A DNA stretch of 64,000 nucleotides from positions 32,001-96,000 of the IMG/VR virus record IMGVR_UViG_3300030419_006251; one strand, written 5' to 3'. Below are positions 17,327-27,600 of the stretch, piece by piece. The stretch is from a virus (Duplodnaviria > Caudoviricetes). How positions within the stretch are numbered: position 1 is the stretch's first letter; each line of letters begins with the position of its first letter. The translations under genes and the position numbers were made by a program. The notes beneath the pieces were generated by a model. That model ran no database searches. It was not told the origin of the DNA and saw only the letters and a program-made list of their open reading frames with translations.

Positions 17327-18513
17327 TATAACGACCTCATGTTTCCAAAGCTTTGGCCGGCGCTGATATTTACAACAAATTCCCCCAAATCCGTAGAGCC
17401 AAATGAATGTGTAAGGAGCGGGAGCAGCGAGCGCTCTTGGTGATGCAAATCTATAATAACGCTATCGTGCAGAGTAAAGGCCACAAAGCTCTTACAGCCT
17501 CTAAGCATTTTCGCTATCCTAACCATCTGTCTAAGCGTATTATCTGCACTAGTACTTTGAACGAGATAGTTTATGGCATGATGTGGATCTGCGGCAATCT
17601 CTCTACCGAAGGGATTTGTAACTGTTCCGTTAATATAATAATTCTGTAATAGATTCTCTTTATCATAAAACTTATTGGGCGCCGAGTCTTTTGAGTCCGG
17701 ATTATATAGCCATGCGAATATGCTTTTCTTCGCCTCGTCTCTAGTCTTATCGTTGTTGTATACATATTCCGCATTCCAACTGTGCATGTCGATTGTGGGC
17801 TGTTCTTTGTCATTGAGCGATAAAATCGTTCTTAATTCAGCAGCATTAAAATCAAGCTCTACAAACCAGTCGTTAGTCGGCTTTAAGATATTGCGATACT
17901 TTTTATCCATAGTAAGAATTGGAAATGTATTTTTTTTCGTAGTCAGTCTACCAGTTTTTGTACCAAAAATATTATAATCACATACCAATTTGGTGTTTTT
18001 CATCTTATTGATAAAATTTTTACCTGCCACGGTGTGTGCCTCGTCTCTCATAATTTTTAAATCTACATTCAGTGGTCGATGCCGAATTTGTTCTAAAGTC
18101 ATCGACAAATCTTTCATATAGTAATAGTTGTACGGCTTTTCGTAGTTCTCAAATACATGGCGACATATTTCATTCTTAGCATCATAATAATTAATTAAAA
18201 ACTTATGAGGTACCAAGTTAAAAAAGCAGTTTTCATGTAGCGAAATCTTTGACTCCATAAACGATCTCACAAATGCCTTTAGCTTTTCAGAATGCTTTTG
18301 CAACCTCTCTCTTAGGTGACTGGGGCAGACTTCTTCGATCGATTTGCCGCCACAATATAAATAGGCTAATTCAACTCCCTTGGCCTCTTCTAACGAGAGT
18401 GAATATTTCCATGTGCGCTTCATGTCGCTTGGAAGTTCTTCCTCAAATATTAATTTACCATCGGTATAATAGCCAAGACATTCGCTCTTGTTATCAATTA
18501 TTTGAAACAGCAA
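17326..18513 (-). CDS. Short family A DNA polymerase (polymerase domain only)
   Basis: TKTGRL, motif A ELDFNAAELR, motif B RDEAKKSIFAWLY, NYLVQSTSAD, motif C LHDS; TTG start with GAGG SD. Confidence 0.8.
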   Translation of the reverse strand: MLFQIIDNKSECLGYYTDGKLIFEEELPSDMKRTWKYSLSLEEAKGVELAYLYCGGKSIEEVCPSHLRERLQKHSEKLKAFVRSFMESKISLHENCFFNLVPHKFLINYYDAKNEICRHVFENYEKPYNYYYMKDLSMTLEQIRHRPLNVDLKIMRDEAHTVAGKNFINKMKNTKLVCDYNIFGTKTGRLTTKKNTFPILTMDKKYRNILKPTNDWFVELDFNAAELRTILSLNDKEQPTIDMHSWNAEYVYNNDKTRDEAKKSIFAWLYNPDSKDSAPNKFYDKENLLQNYYINGTVTNPFGREIAADPHHAINYLVQSTSADNTLRQMVRIAKMLRGCKSFVAFTLHDSVIIDLHHQERSLLPLLTHSFGSTDLGEFVVNISAGQSFGNMRSL

Positions 18514-18525
18514 GTTAACCTCAAA

Positions 18526-19806
18526 TTAATAATAGTCAGTTGTTTCTAATATAACATTGGACTGAAACTCTGATTCTTCTCCGACCTCAAGTTTTTGCTC
18601 TCCAGGCAGAAACCTAATCGGATCGAGCCGATCCCTTATCACATGATAACTGAACTGTTTATTAATATAATCTAATGCGGCCGGCATGTCAATGTTTTTT
18701 TCAATATGAATTGCATTTTTAATTAAATTTTTGACAAAAATATCATTAAAGATACCTTTGTTCTGTAATTCTGATTGCTTTATCTTGCAGTAATACCGAA
18801 TCCAAAATGCATTATCGTATTTGTCATTCAACTGAGCTAAGTTAAGTCTTTCTCTCTTATAAAATATGGGTGTTCCGCTATCGTGATCGTGATGTGATGC
18901 GTATCTATTGTTGTCCACAAACGAATTCCATGTCATAAGGATGAATTTTTTAAGAAGTCCAATATCTTTATAATAAATTTTATAGTAATGTGTGTTCGCC
19001 AATTCTTCTTTTGATGTAAATCTATTTTTCATATACTCTGCCATCGGATCGGAATCTATGTTTGCTACTATTTGCCAAGGAGCATTTCTGTCAATCATAA
19101 AGCCGTGCTTCATGGCAGCTTGTCTGTAGAAATCAAATATTTTCTTATCCATAAAGATCGATTTCTTTTCGTCATCATCAAAAGCGGAATCCTCCAATAT
19201 AATAGCCAAGCCACTACTTTGTAGCGAGCAGAATCTTGATGCCATAACCGCAGTAGCAGTCAAAGGTACCTTTCCAGACACCAGTTTGGTGAACTCTGTC
19301 ACTTTTTCCATAAATTGTTCTATGGTCACTAAGTCATTCTTTTTCTTTTGATAAGACGCCTCTAGAGTTGCAGCTAACACATGTTTTTCCAGATTTCCCG
19401 AAAAGCTCATGAAAGCAGCTTTTTGCAGATCCTCAAACCGAGTCCAGGCCCTTACAACTTCCAAATTTATATCGGATGCTGTTACTCCGCAAATTCCTGA
19501 GTTGATTAAGTCTTGAAACTCTCTCATGAATCCTTTATAAGCGTCGACTACAAAGTCTAAAGCCCGCGGAGCGTTAGAACTGATCGTCTTAGTTTTAAAG
19601 GCAGCCGTCCTAGATGCTATTGGAGAAATAAAGTTATCTTCGGAATCAATTCTACCGTAAAACGACAGCTGTTTTGAAATAAAAAAATCTTCGACGCCAG
19701 AAACAAAACGACCTTCTTCGAACATAGCATTATCTCTATATTCTTTGCGATGTTCGAATAATTCTCTAGCGCCTCTTGTTGTATTTTTTGCTTTAAAGTC
19801 GGCCAT
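18526..19806 (-). CDS. Hypothetical protein (426 aa) at the end of the baseplate cluster
   Basis: Long ORF collinear with structural genes; no motif recognised. Confidence 0.6.
   Translation of the reverse strand: MADFKAKNTTRGARELFEHRKEYRDNAMFEEGRFVSGVEDFFISKQLSFYGRIDSEDNFISPIASRTAAFKTKTISSNAPRALDFVVDAYKGFMREFQDLINSGICGVTASDINLEVVRAWTRFEDLQKAAFMSFSGNLEKHVLAATLEASYQKKKNDLVTIEQFMEKVTEFTKLVSGKVPLTATAVMASRFCSLQSSGLAIILEDSAFDDDEKKSIFMDKKIFDFYRQAAMKHGFMIDRNAPWQIVANIDSDPMAEYMKNRFTSKEELANTHYYKIYYKDIGLLKKFILMTWNSFVDNNRYASHHDHDSGTPIFYKRERLNLAQLNDKYDNAFWIRYYCKIKQSELQNKGIFNDIFVKNLIKNAIHIEKNIDMPAALDYINKQFSYHVIRDRLDPIRFLPGEQKLEVGEESEFQSNVILETTDYY
18664..18692 (-). promoter_or_regulatory. Sigma70-type promoter embedded in a CDS, upstream of the polA-like gene
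   Basis: TTGACA-17 nt-TATATT about 150 nt before the polA start. Confidence 0.65.
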
Positions 19807-19808
19807 TA

Positions 19809-22800
19809 TTAAGGTTCCTGTTGTTCTGCCGGAAGGTCTGAGGCAAAGGCCGAAGCATCTTCGACCGAGAACTCTGCACCAGCACTATCCATATTAGTGG
19901 GGTCTGTGTTTGCTGCAGCTAGCTTACAAATTTCTACCCGACCTGCGCTATGCCACACGCAGCGAAGAGTTGTTTCAAAAAATTCTGGGGTGATTGTGGA
20001 ATCAACATCAATCACAACATAGTAGCCGCCCAACCCAAGAAGCAGCGGAGCGTCTTCGTAGTCTGAATTCCAGTCCCCGGAACCAACACTGTCTGGGTTT
20101 ATGTAAATAAACTGACCCGGTAGGAAAAAGGTGTTTCCTTGCATAACGATTGTTGCTTCATATCTTCCTCTAAGTTGGTTGTATCCGAAGGCACCGTGGC
20201 CCAATAATCTTGATTCTGCTAGATATGCCTGATCTGTTCTGGTGAATTTGATACTTTTTACTAGTCCTTGGTTTTGGCCCAAATAAAAATGAAATATGCC
20301 TCGACTCAAATCGCCCGGCAGGGTTTCGAGGCCGGCATATTGCTCATACTCCTTTAAGTTATCTGTCATCGCGGCAGCTTCAGCATCCGATTCAAACCCC
20401 AATAAAGTGCTCGCCTCATATCCTCTAGCATACAAGGCTATAAAGTGATAAACATCTGTATTGTCTTCCTCGGTGGCATACAAAGTGGTCTTGCTGCTCT
20501 GAAGGCTTGCATTAATTTTGTCCAAGTCGTATCTCTTCTGTAAAGAAGATTTGTAAAAGTCTGGATCTCTAATAAATTCTAGCGGACTTTCATAGGCGCC
20601 ATTACTATTCTTATAAGCAGGTAAGGTAAAATTAGTAAATCCTATATCAAATATTTGTCTTGAGAATCTGGATGCTGGTGAGGCTTCCGCAATTTCAATT
20701 CCCTCGGTTGCGTTAACTCCCTCATAACATTTGTCTCCGCCAAGAATATCGAGAACCAAGGACTGTAAAGCCTCTTTCAGAAAAGATTTTAAACTATATG
20801 AATAAACACCAGGACGCATAATCTTATTTAGGAACCATTCGTTAAATCTGGTCAAGGTAATTGGAATATCTGCCAAATTAATGTATCTTGTTTTCATAGA
20901 CACCGGATCAAAATATTCTATGCAGCCAAGTATAATATTAATTTTATCTAGTTTGCGTTCTTTAAGTTGTCGTATGTCCTCAACAAAACTATCAATAGTG
21001 AGGGGTTCGCCGTCCGGGCCCTTTAGCTCTCCGTCTGTCCATAGGTCATCGAGGCCAAAGCTTCTATTCCATGTTGGTGCCCATTGGGCGCCGGTCTCTT
21101 CAGCAGTATACGCAAGATCTCTAAATCGTTCCATTGCGATGTAATGATCTTCCGGCTGAAACGGCTCCCTCCACAATGCTTTTCTGACTGCCCAGTCAAC
21201 TATGTCTCCAAAATATACAAAATTAATTCTATACCTACCGGCGGTGGGGTTTTCAGGAGTCGCGCGATTGCCGGCTTCGGGGTTGGTTGTGGTATCGAAG
21301 TACAATTCCTTTTCTACTGCTTCTTCGTTTAGTTTATTGAAGTCGGACCCCCCAGGATCTCTACCGTCGTGGCCTGCGCGCCAAGCATCTGAAGCTTCGC
21401 CACCGGGAGTATTCGCTGTGTTATTGTGTGTCGCGATATCGCCAATAGAACCGTTCATACTATTGACGCTAGCTGCAAAGGGATCGCCAGCTTTAATGTT
21501 TTCCGAATGGGCATATGTAAATGCAGCGTTACTGCGAGAGTACTCTGCACCGGTGGAGGCCCACGGTGGCAGTCCAGGGACGACGGCCATCCGGTTGCTC
21601 GCATCATATTGCGCGCCGACCATATCGGGACTAACAAAAACTGTTTTGATTCTCGGTATACCAGTGTCTTGGTCCACAAGACTTGTTGCGCCGTGTGGCG
21701 CTCCGTATGATAATGGAAATTTAGTAGGCTGGCCATACCCCGCATCGGTTATTCCGGTCCTTAATTTTCTACCTCGGAAGGCCGGCACCGGAGTACGCTC
21801 AGCGTGGGCGGTGGAGCCGCCGGCGGCTACAATATCATAACCCCACTGATCTGGTATGTGAGTCTGATCAGCCAACCAGTTCATGAGCGTCTGATATCCG
21901 ACGCCTCTAGATAGATTACGCATTTCTTCCAACAAGTTGTCCAATCTACCAACCATGTCGTCGTCTTCGTCTGATACCTCATCAGAACCTAGTTGAGTAT
22001 CTCTTGTATCTTCTTCTATTAATTCATTACCAAAAGCATCCGTCATTGTACTTACATTTCCGCCAGTTGTGACAACATGCGTTCTGCCTGTAGCTATAGC
22101 TTGACGCATTGCCTCAATCTGTGCTTGTCTTGTTCTCTCATAGATAGACAAAAATAAATCCGTGCTCGGATCTTCTAGCAGGCCTTCGATCGCAGCACGG
22201 TATCTGATATCTAAGCTGAGCGAACCATCCTCATTATAGGAGATCACATGATCGACAATCGTTAGGTACAGAATCACAGAAGCGCTTCGTAGTGCATTTC
22301 TTTGAGCTTCGCTAAACGGTGCACCGTCTTTAAATTCCCATCCGACGACTGCTTTTAATTCAAAGTACTCCGGATCGTATAGGTACATCCACTTGCAAAA
22401 ACCCTCTTCTTCGGAGCCCGATGTAGTTGCAGAATGGCTGGTACCTGTTGCGGCTGTTCGCATTATTAAATCAACAAACTGATAGTAGCCATCAATTTCG
22501 GTTGGATCTTCACCGTCTCTTGCGTGTGTCATGACTGGGAACGGCCCTTTCTTGTCAAACAATTCCTGAACATCGTTGAGATGTAGGCTCAAATTGGCTG
22601 ATAATAAGTTAGCTGCTTCGGCAGGATTTGTTCCTTCGTACTTCCAACTAAACCCTGTAATTCCAACTCCCGTGCCGCGTCCTGCGCGTGAATTCATCAT
22701 CCGCTCCACACGACGAAACTCGTTAGTCGGTCGTTCGGACTCATCTGCCATTATTCCCATGATATTATCAGGAAACAAAAGCTCCACATCCCAAGATTTG

Positions 22801-23147
22801 CCCGCGAGACTGACATCATCGCTGGTCGTTTGGCCTCTTTGGCCTACATAAGTCTTATACAATCTTACTTTTGGCACCAAAAAAGAAAGCTGGTATGGTG
22901 TTAAATCCATTGCGCCGGCCAAATCTGTTCTGCCTGTCAAGATGCTCATCATTAGCGTGGGAGAACCATACATCGCAGTGAACGCAGTATACTCGCAATC
23001 CTCGTTCAGTCCAGCTATGCCATCTTGTATTGGCGCTGAGGTGGCAGTGGACTGGCGAGTGGCCCAGTTCCGCTCGTCTCTTAACCAATGCAATAACCAA
23101 CATTGTTCTAGATTTTTTCGTCTTGTTATATTATCTTGTTCACCCAT
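19809..23147 (-). CDS. Baseplate hub-like protein (gp27/VgrG-like scaffold with large insertions)
   Basis: Position after the tape measure and tube initiators; C-terminal GLVKSIKF...EATIVMQGNTFFLPGQFIYI...GGYYVVIDVDSTI hub pattern. Confidence 0.6.
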   Translation of the reverse strand: MGEQDNITRRKNLEQCWLLHWLRDERNWATRQSTATSAPIQDGIAGLNEDCEYTAFTAMYGSPTLMMSILTGRTDLAGAMDLTPYQLSFLVPKVRLYKTYVGQRGQTTSDDVSLAGKSWDVELLFPDNIMGIMADESERPTNEFRRVERMMNSRAGRGTGVGITGFSWKYEGTNPAEAANLLSANLSLHLNDVQELFDKKGPFPVMTHARDGEDPTEIDGYYQFVDLIMRTAATGTSHSATTSGSEEEGFCKWMYLYDPEYFELKAVVGWEFKDGAPFSEAQRNALRSASVILYLTIVDHVISYNEDGSLSLDIRYRAAIEGLLEDPSTDLFLSIYERTRQAQIEAMRQAIATGRTHVVTTGGNVSTMTDAFGNELIEEDTRDTQLGSDEVSDEDDDMVGRLDNLLEEMRNLSRGVGYQTLMNWLADQTHIPDQWGYDIVAAGGSTAHAERTPVPAFRGRKLRTGITDAGYGQPTKFPLSYGAPHGATSLVDQDTGIPRIKTVFVSPDMVGAQYDASNRMAVVPGLPPWASTGAEYSRSNAAFTYAHSENIKAGDPFAASVNSMNGSIGDIATHNNTANTPGGEASDAWRAGHDGRDPGGSDFNKLNEEAVEKELYFDTTTNPEAGNRATPENPTAGRYRINFVYFGDIVDWAVRKALWREPFQPEDHYIAMERFRDLAYTAEETGAQWAPTWNRSFGLDDLWTDGELKGPDGEPLTIDSFVEDIRQLKERKLDKINIILGCIEYFDPVSMKTRYINLADIPITLTRFNEWFLNKIMRPGVYSYSLKSFLKEALQSLVLDILGGDKCYEGVNATEGIEIAEASPASRFSRQIFDIGFTNFTLPAYKNSNGAYESPLEFIRDPDFYKSSLQKRYDLDKINASLQSSKTTLYATEEDNTDVYHFIALYARGYEASTLLGFESDAEAAAMTDNLKEYEQYAGLETLPGDLSRGIFHFYLGQNQGLVKSIKFTRTDQAYLAESRLLGHGAFGYNQLRGRYEATIVMQGNTFFLPGQFIYINPDSVGSGDWNSDYEDAPLLLGLGGYYVVIDVDSTITPEFFETTLRCVWHSAGRVEICKLAAANTDPTNMDSAGAEFSVEDASAFASDLPAEQQEP

Positions 23148-23161
23148 AATGTAAACCTTTA

Positions 23162-23518
23162 TTAATACCCGTAATATTTTAAAATTTTATTCAATGGCAT
23201 AGGAATTTTTAACCTATCCCCTATTCTACAGTGTGCGTCGGTAGGTTTTAAATTATACCATGCAATTATCCACCAGTATCTAGAATCTCCATAATAATGC
23301 GCAGCCAATTTCCAATATTTGTCTCCATGAGACCAAACATATTCTACTTCGGCCAAGCGCCTTCTGAGAGCTTCGTCTGGATACCTCATCTCAGCGGTAA
23401 CGAAATGTTTAATTCTTTTTCGATTGCGCGATTCTCTAAGCTCCTCATATGCCTCTTCTGTGCCCGGCTGTCCTCCATTAACGAAGGTATTACGACCTCT
23501 AAATCTTGATCTTGACAT
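23162..23518 (-). CDS. LysM/gpX/gp53-like baseplate protein
   Basis: GDKYWKLAAHYYGDSRYWWIIAWYN...GDRLKIP. Confidence 0.75.
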   Translation of the reverse strand: MSRSRFRGRNTFVNGGQPGTEEAYEELRESRNRKRIKHFVTAEMRYPDEALRRRLAEVEYVWSHGDKYWKLAAHYYGDSRYWWIIAWYNLKPTDAHCRIGDRLKIPMPLNKILKYYGY

Positions 23519-23551
23519 TAAAATATTCTCCTTTTTCTATTTTGTTCAAAC

Positions 23552-24388
23552 TCACAACTCATCTCCATCGTCTCCGCCATCTGAACCATCCTTATTCGCA
23601 AACCCTGCACCATATGTATTTCCCCAGGCGCGTGTCCAAGTGTTGTTCGCGTCGACCAATATATTTGGAGAAGCCTGGTGCATTACTGAAAGGCTGCAAT
23701 TAAGATCATAAACTTTAGGATACAATACTCCTTCGCCATCTTCAAAAAATCCAGCATCGAGCCTAGGATTTATCCCGTAACTTTCAATTGCACAAATTAA
23801 ACCTTTTATTTTTGTATCACCCCAAAACTTTTTTTCTATAATAGCAGCATTTGGATATCCCGGCACATCATCTGGTATGCCAGATCTTATTAGGTTTGCC
23901 AGTTCTACCGTTACCAGCGGAGGGGCGCTAATGCACCATCTTCTGCTGCTCAAGGCGGCGCCGGTTCCTTGGGCGACATCGGCCTGATTAGGGTTAGACT
24001 GCGCCTGACTAGAATTCGAACCAAAGGAGCCGACAATATCAATCGAAGGTCCATAGCCCCTATTCTCATACACTGGATATAACATCTGTGCTAAAGCCGA
24101 GATCTTCATGACATTAGCTTTAGCCTCATCTTTGTCTTTTGCTACTGTTTGCCACGATACAGACATCATTCTTTCAGTATTGGCAAAGTGTCTAATCGGA
24201 TCTGCTTTTCCATATGGCTGTTCCGATGACCAAGCCGAATTAAAGTTATCGGTAAATCCAGTTATATATGCTTTGAAATCTGCGCGGACACCATTGTAAA
24301 TGCTTACAAACGACAGTGCCATACCGCTATTTTTAGCATATGTTTGCTCTACTGTAAATCCTTCAAATTGTATATTCTCGTTTGCCAT
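23552..24388 (-). CDS. Tail-tube initiator-like protein (gp48/gp54-like), canonical order
   Basis: FKAYIT...W..E.PYGKADPI..F..TER...VSW...MLYP...PPL...GFFE...LYPK; position after the tape measure. Confidence 0.6.
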   Translation of the reverse strand: MANENIQFEGFTVEQTYAKNSGMALSFVSIYNGVRADFKAYITGFTDNFNSAWSSEQPYGKADPIRHFANTERMMSVSWQTVAKDKDEAKANVMKISALAQMLYPVYENRGYGPSIDIVGSFGSNSSQAQSNPNQADVAQGTGAALSSRRWCISAPPLVTVELANLIRSGIPDDVPGYPNAAIIEKKFWGDTKIKGLICAIESYGINPRLDAGFFEDGEGVLYPKVYDLNCSLSVMHQASPNILVDANNTWTRAWGNTYGAGFANKDGSDGGDDGDEL

Positions 24389-24395
24389 AATTTAT

Positions 24396-25199
24396 TTATC
24401 CTTCTGATTGACTTTCTTCGGACTCAACCTCAAAAAATCCTACATCTAAATTTGGAGTAAAATTAAATCCATTAAGAGTACCAGTGAGTCCTCGGCCTTC
24501 GTCGGCTGGACCTTGTGATACTAGGTTCGTAAACTTGATAGCCATCATCGGCGGGGCCCTTAAAGATGTCGCACTTCCATGTTTTGTCTGTGTTGGATAT
24601 AACATTCTTATTAGATTTGTACATTTTCTTAAATTTTCGATTCCTTCTTCTTTGTTAGAGGCGATCAAGTCCCAACTTATTGTCATTGTTCTTTGCGTTC
24701 CCTGGAATATTTTAATCGGATCCATACGACCATACGCTCGCTCCGAACCCCATTTAGAACTAAAGTTATCGGCCAGAGAAGTTAAAAAAGCTTTAAAATG
24801 TAATCTAGTTTCAGTTGGGATATGCACTATAGTAACGAAGTTTTGCGCCTGATTTGCATAATTTGATTCCACCGTAGCGCCGGTGGAGAATAGCGGAGTG
24901 GGAGCCGCGCCGGCGAAAGCCTTGTAAATATCTCTAGAGTCTGATGGTGCGCCTCCGTAAGCGTTTCCAAAGGTGTCACTATAGTAATCAGCTTCAGAAG
25001 ATTTGCTTGAACCTGCGTGCTCTGTACTTAATTTAATATTGCTTTCATCATTGATATCTAGGCCATATGGAAAGCACTTCATATCCTCTGAATCATTTAG
25101 TTGTAGGCCCGTGAGACGGTCCCAGCCCAATAAATGATCGTGCACTACAGTAAGAGTGCACTTTACGGTCAACAATTTTGGTATCAGGCTTACAGACAT
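24396..25199 (-). CDS. Tail-tube initiator-like paralogue, apparently circularly permuted
   Basis: FKAFLT...YGRMDPI..FQGTQR...MLYP...PPM...GFFE core aligns with the neighbour; the IPK...CTLTVVH element lies at the N-terminus. Confidence 0.6.
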   Translation of the reverse strand: MSVSLIPKLLTVKCTLTVVHDHLLGWDRLTGLQLNDSEDMKCFPYGLDINDESNIKLSTEHAGSSKSSEADYYSDTFGNAYGGAPSDSRDIYKAFAGAAPTPLFSTGATVESNYANQAQNFVTIVHIPTETRLHFKAFLTSLADNFSSKWGSERAYGRMDPIKIFQGTQRTMTISWDLIASNKEEGIENLRKCTNLIRMLYPTQTKHGSATSLRAPPMMAIKFTNLVSQGPADEGRGLTGTLNGFNFTPNLDVGFFEVESEESQSEG

Positions 25200-25241
25200 T
25201 ATAAAATAAATAGGTAAAGTTTAAAAATTAATCAATGTTAT

Positions 25242-27587
25242 CTATCCATGACCTTGCTCGCGAAGCCTCTGATCAACCAACGGCACAACCTGTCTTGCCA
25301 AGGTCGCGCCAGCCATCTTGAGAGTAACTTCCACATTCTGCGGGCCTTGATATCCGCCTCCGCCTCCACCTCCGCCGGTGCCGTGTGTAGTGGCCGCTAT
25401 TTGAGCTACAGCCCTAACTAATGCAGACAATTCATCTCCATTTGATACTGTGCTTGCTACTGCCAACTTATTTGCCTGTTCTACCAGTCTAGATACTTGC
25501 GCCACATCATCCGATGTTAATTGTACTGCTGCTTGAACTACTTGTGAAACCTTTGCACTGGCAAAAGTATTAATAGACGCCCTAAAATCCATGGACTTGT
25601 TTACATCGACTTCCTTGATTGCACTAGCGATGTTTCTAATTGAATTTGCAATCTTATCCATTATAGAGGTATCAACACTTTGTAATCTGCTGAGCGCCAT
25701 TACTGCGCCGGACATCGCTCCTCCAATTGGTAATGCCGCGCGGCCCATAGTATCAAAACCAGCTGCAGCTTCTCGGGCTGAGGTGCCTGCTCGACGCATT
25801 CTTGGCCCAAACGAAGCCATGGCATCATATAGAGAAGGGGAATGCTGTGGTTTTAAAATTGCTGCAGCCAACATGCCCACTGCTGCAACAAGGCCCAGTC
25901 CTCCCAAAAGGCCGCCGCCAATAAGTGCAAGTTGTAGGCCCCTGGCGGCGCCGGTGGCTAATGTCATTGCCGCTGCTTGCGCCTGTAATCCCATCGTTAC
26001 CATGGGTAATATTGCACCAACTACCTTAAAAGCCCCCCATGCATAAAACAGCTTTTGACCTAATTCTTTATAGCGATCAATATTTTGTGATATATGTGTT
26101 ACCATTCTCTGCAGCCATTCCATAAGTTCCATCAAGCTTGGAGCCAAGGCGGCCAAGGTTGCATTCCATTTCTGTTGCATACTCATTAAAGCCATCTGTT
26201 GTTGCGCCATTTGTTCTGCACTCATGGCGTTCGCATCGGCTGCTCTGGCACTCCTTTCCAAATGACCAGACATGAGCAATGCCAGTTCGCCAACACCCTG
26301 TAGGCCTGCGGCATCTGCGATTGCTCTCTTTTCATAGTAACTTAATTCTTGAAAACTTCCGGCAGCCATCATGATTCCTTCTCTTAGCTTGCGGAATCTC
26401 TCAGTAGGATCAACAGTCATTAACATATCAAGCGAGTTAAACAAGTCTCTACCCAAAATAGCATTAAGGCGACCTGCAGCTTCTGCCGCTCCTTCAAAAG
26501 TATCAAACTGACCAGTAATAGCCATCAGTTGGTTCATCGAAAGACCTGTATCTTTTGCAGCAATTCTCAAATCCTTAAAAACATCTACCATTTTACCGCC
26601 ATAAACTGATAGATCCATGCTCATTTCAGCAAACTCTTGCTGAACAATTGCTGGTGGGACATTTAAGGCCCTTGCGAAAGAATCTAAGCCTCGAACAGTT
26701 TGGGCCAATTGGCTTCCAGATTGTCCTAAGACTTTATTAAGCATTTGCATGCTTTGCGCGGCATCTTGTGCCGATGTGCCATTTTGCATTAATAAAGTTA
26801 CTGTATTGCCTAGACTTTGTTGTGCTCGGGCGGACATTCTGCTAAACTCCGATATACTGGTATATAATGCAGTATATGCTTCGCCCGTCTGTTCTGCGGT
26901 GACGCCGGCTCTAAGATTTGCCATAGTGACGGCTTCCATTTGTGATTTAAAATTGGCCAACTCGCCAGTGCTGGCTCCAATACTTCTTGCAAATGAGTAT
27001 TGCGCTTCGTTGAGTCCAACCGCAACATCCCAAGCCTTTTTCAGTATAACAAGAAATCCTTGCTCTATGAAATTGGCCGCAGTATTGGCTGCAGCACCCA
27101 TTGCACCAAATCCCGCTGCAGCGGCTTGGCTAGCGCTCCCCACACCCTGCAACTTTGAGGCCATGGCTATTAGTTGAAAGATAAAATTTTCAGTTGCGTC
27201 AGCATTAACTCCCAAAGCCCCCGTAAGGTTTCTGATGCCTTTGTTTGCGGCCTCAGTCATTCTATTTTGGTTTTGTTGCGCCTTAGTCAACTTATTTAAA
27301 GTGGTTGTGTGCTTTCTTAACCTAACCTCTAGAGCTTTAATTGCGTCTTTGTTGCCTTGATTGGCTGAAATCTGCTGTTGTATCAAAGCAATTTGCTTCT
27401 CCTGAGCCTTAATTAAGGCTCGGGTGGCGCGACTGGCATATTCTGAGGATTGTGCCGTACCTTTTGTCGCACTAGCCATCTGAGATAACGCGGCGGCGGC
27501 TTTTTTTCCACTGTTCTCTATGGACTTTAAAGCTTCGTCTAGTTCTTCGGCGGTTTTTACATCTTTTCCTGTTGGTTTATCAGCCAT
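25242..27587 (-). CDS. Tape measure protein
   Basis: 781 aa, Ala-rich and helical, downstream of tube and chaperone; FDTFEGAAEAAGRLNAILG pattern. Confidence 0.8.
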   Translation of the reverse strand: MADKPTGKDVKTAEELDEALKSIENSGKKAAAALSQMASATKGTAQSSEYASRATRALIKAQEKQIALIQQQISANQGNKDAIKALEVRLRKHTTTLNKLTKAQQNQNRMTEAANKGIRNLTGALGVNADATENFIFQLIAMASKLQGVGSASQAAAAGFGAMGAAANTAANFIEQGFLVILKKAWDVAVGLNEAQYSFARSIGASTGELANFKSQMEAVTMANLRAGVTAEQTGEAYTALYTSISEFSRMSARAQQSLGNTVTLLMQNGTSAQDAAQSMQMLNKVLGQSGSQLAQTVRGLDSFARALNVPPAIVQQEFAEMSMDLSVYGGKMVDVFKDLRIAAKDTGLSMNQLMAITGQFDTFEGAAEAAGRLNAILGRDLFNSLDMLMTVDPTERFRKLREGIMMAAGSFQELSYYEKRAIADAAGLQGVGELALLMSGHLERSARAADANAMSAEQMAQQQMALMSMQQKWNATLAALAPSLMELMEWLQRMVTHISQNIDRYKELGQKLFYAWGAFKVVGAILPMVTMGLQAQAAAMTLATGAARGLQLALIGGGLLGGLGLVAAVGMLAAAILKPQHSPSLYDAMASFGPRMRRAGTSAREAAAGFDTMGRAALPIGGAMSGAVMALSRLQSVDTSIMDKIANSIRNIASAIKEVDVNKSMDFRASINTFASAKVSQVVQAAVQLTSDDVAQVSRLVEQANKLAVASTVSNGDELSALVRAVAQIAATTHGTGGGGGGGGYQGPQNVEVTLKMAGATLARQVVPLVDQRLREQGHG

Positions 27588-27600
27588 TAATTAATACCCC

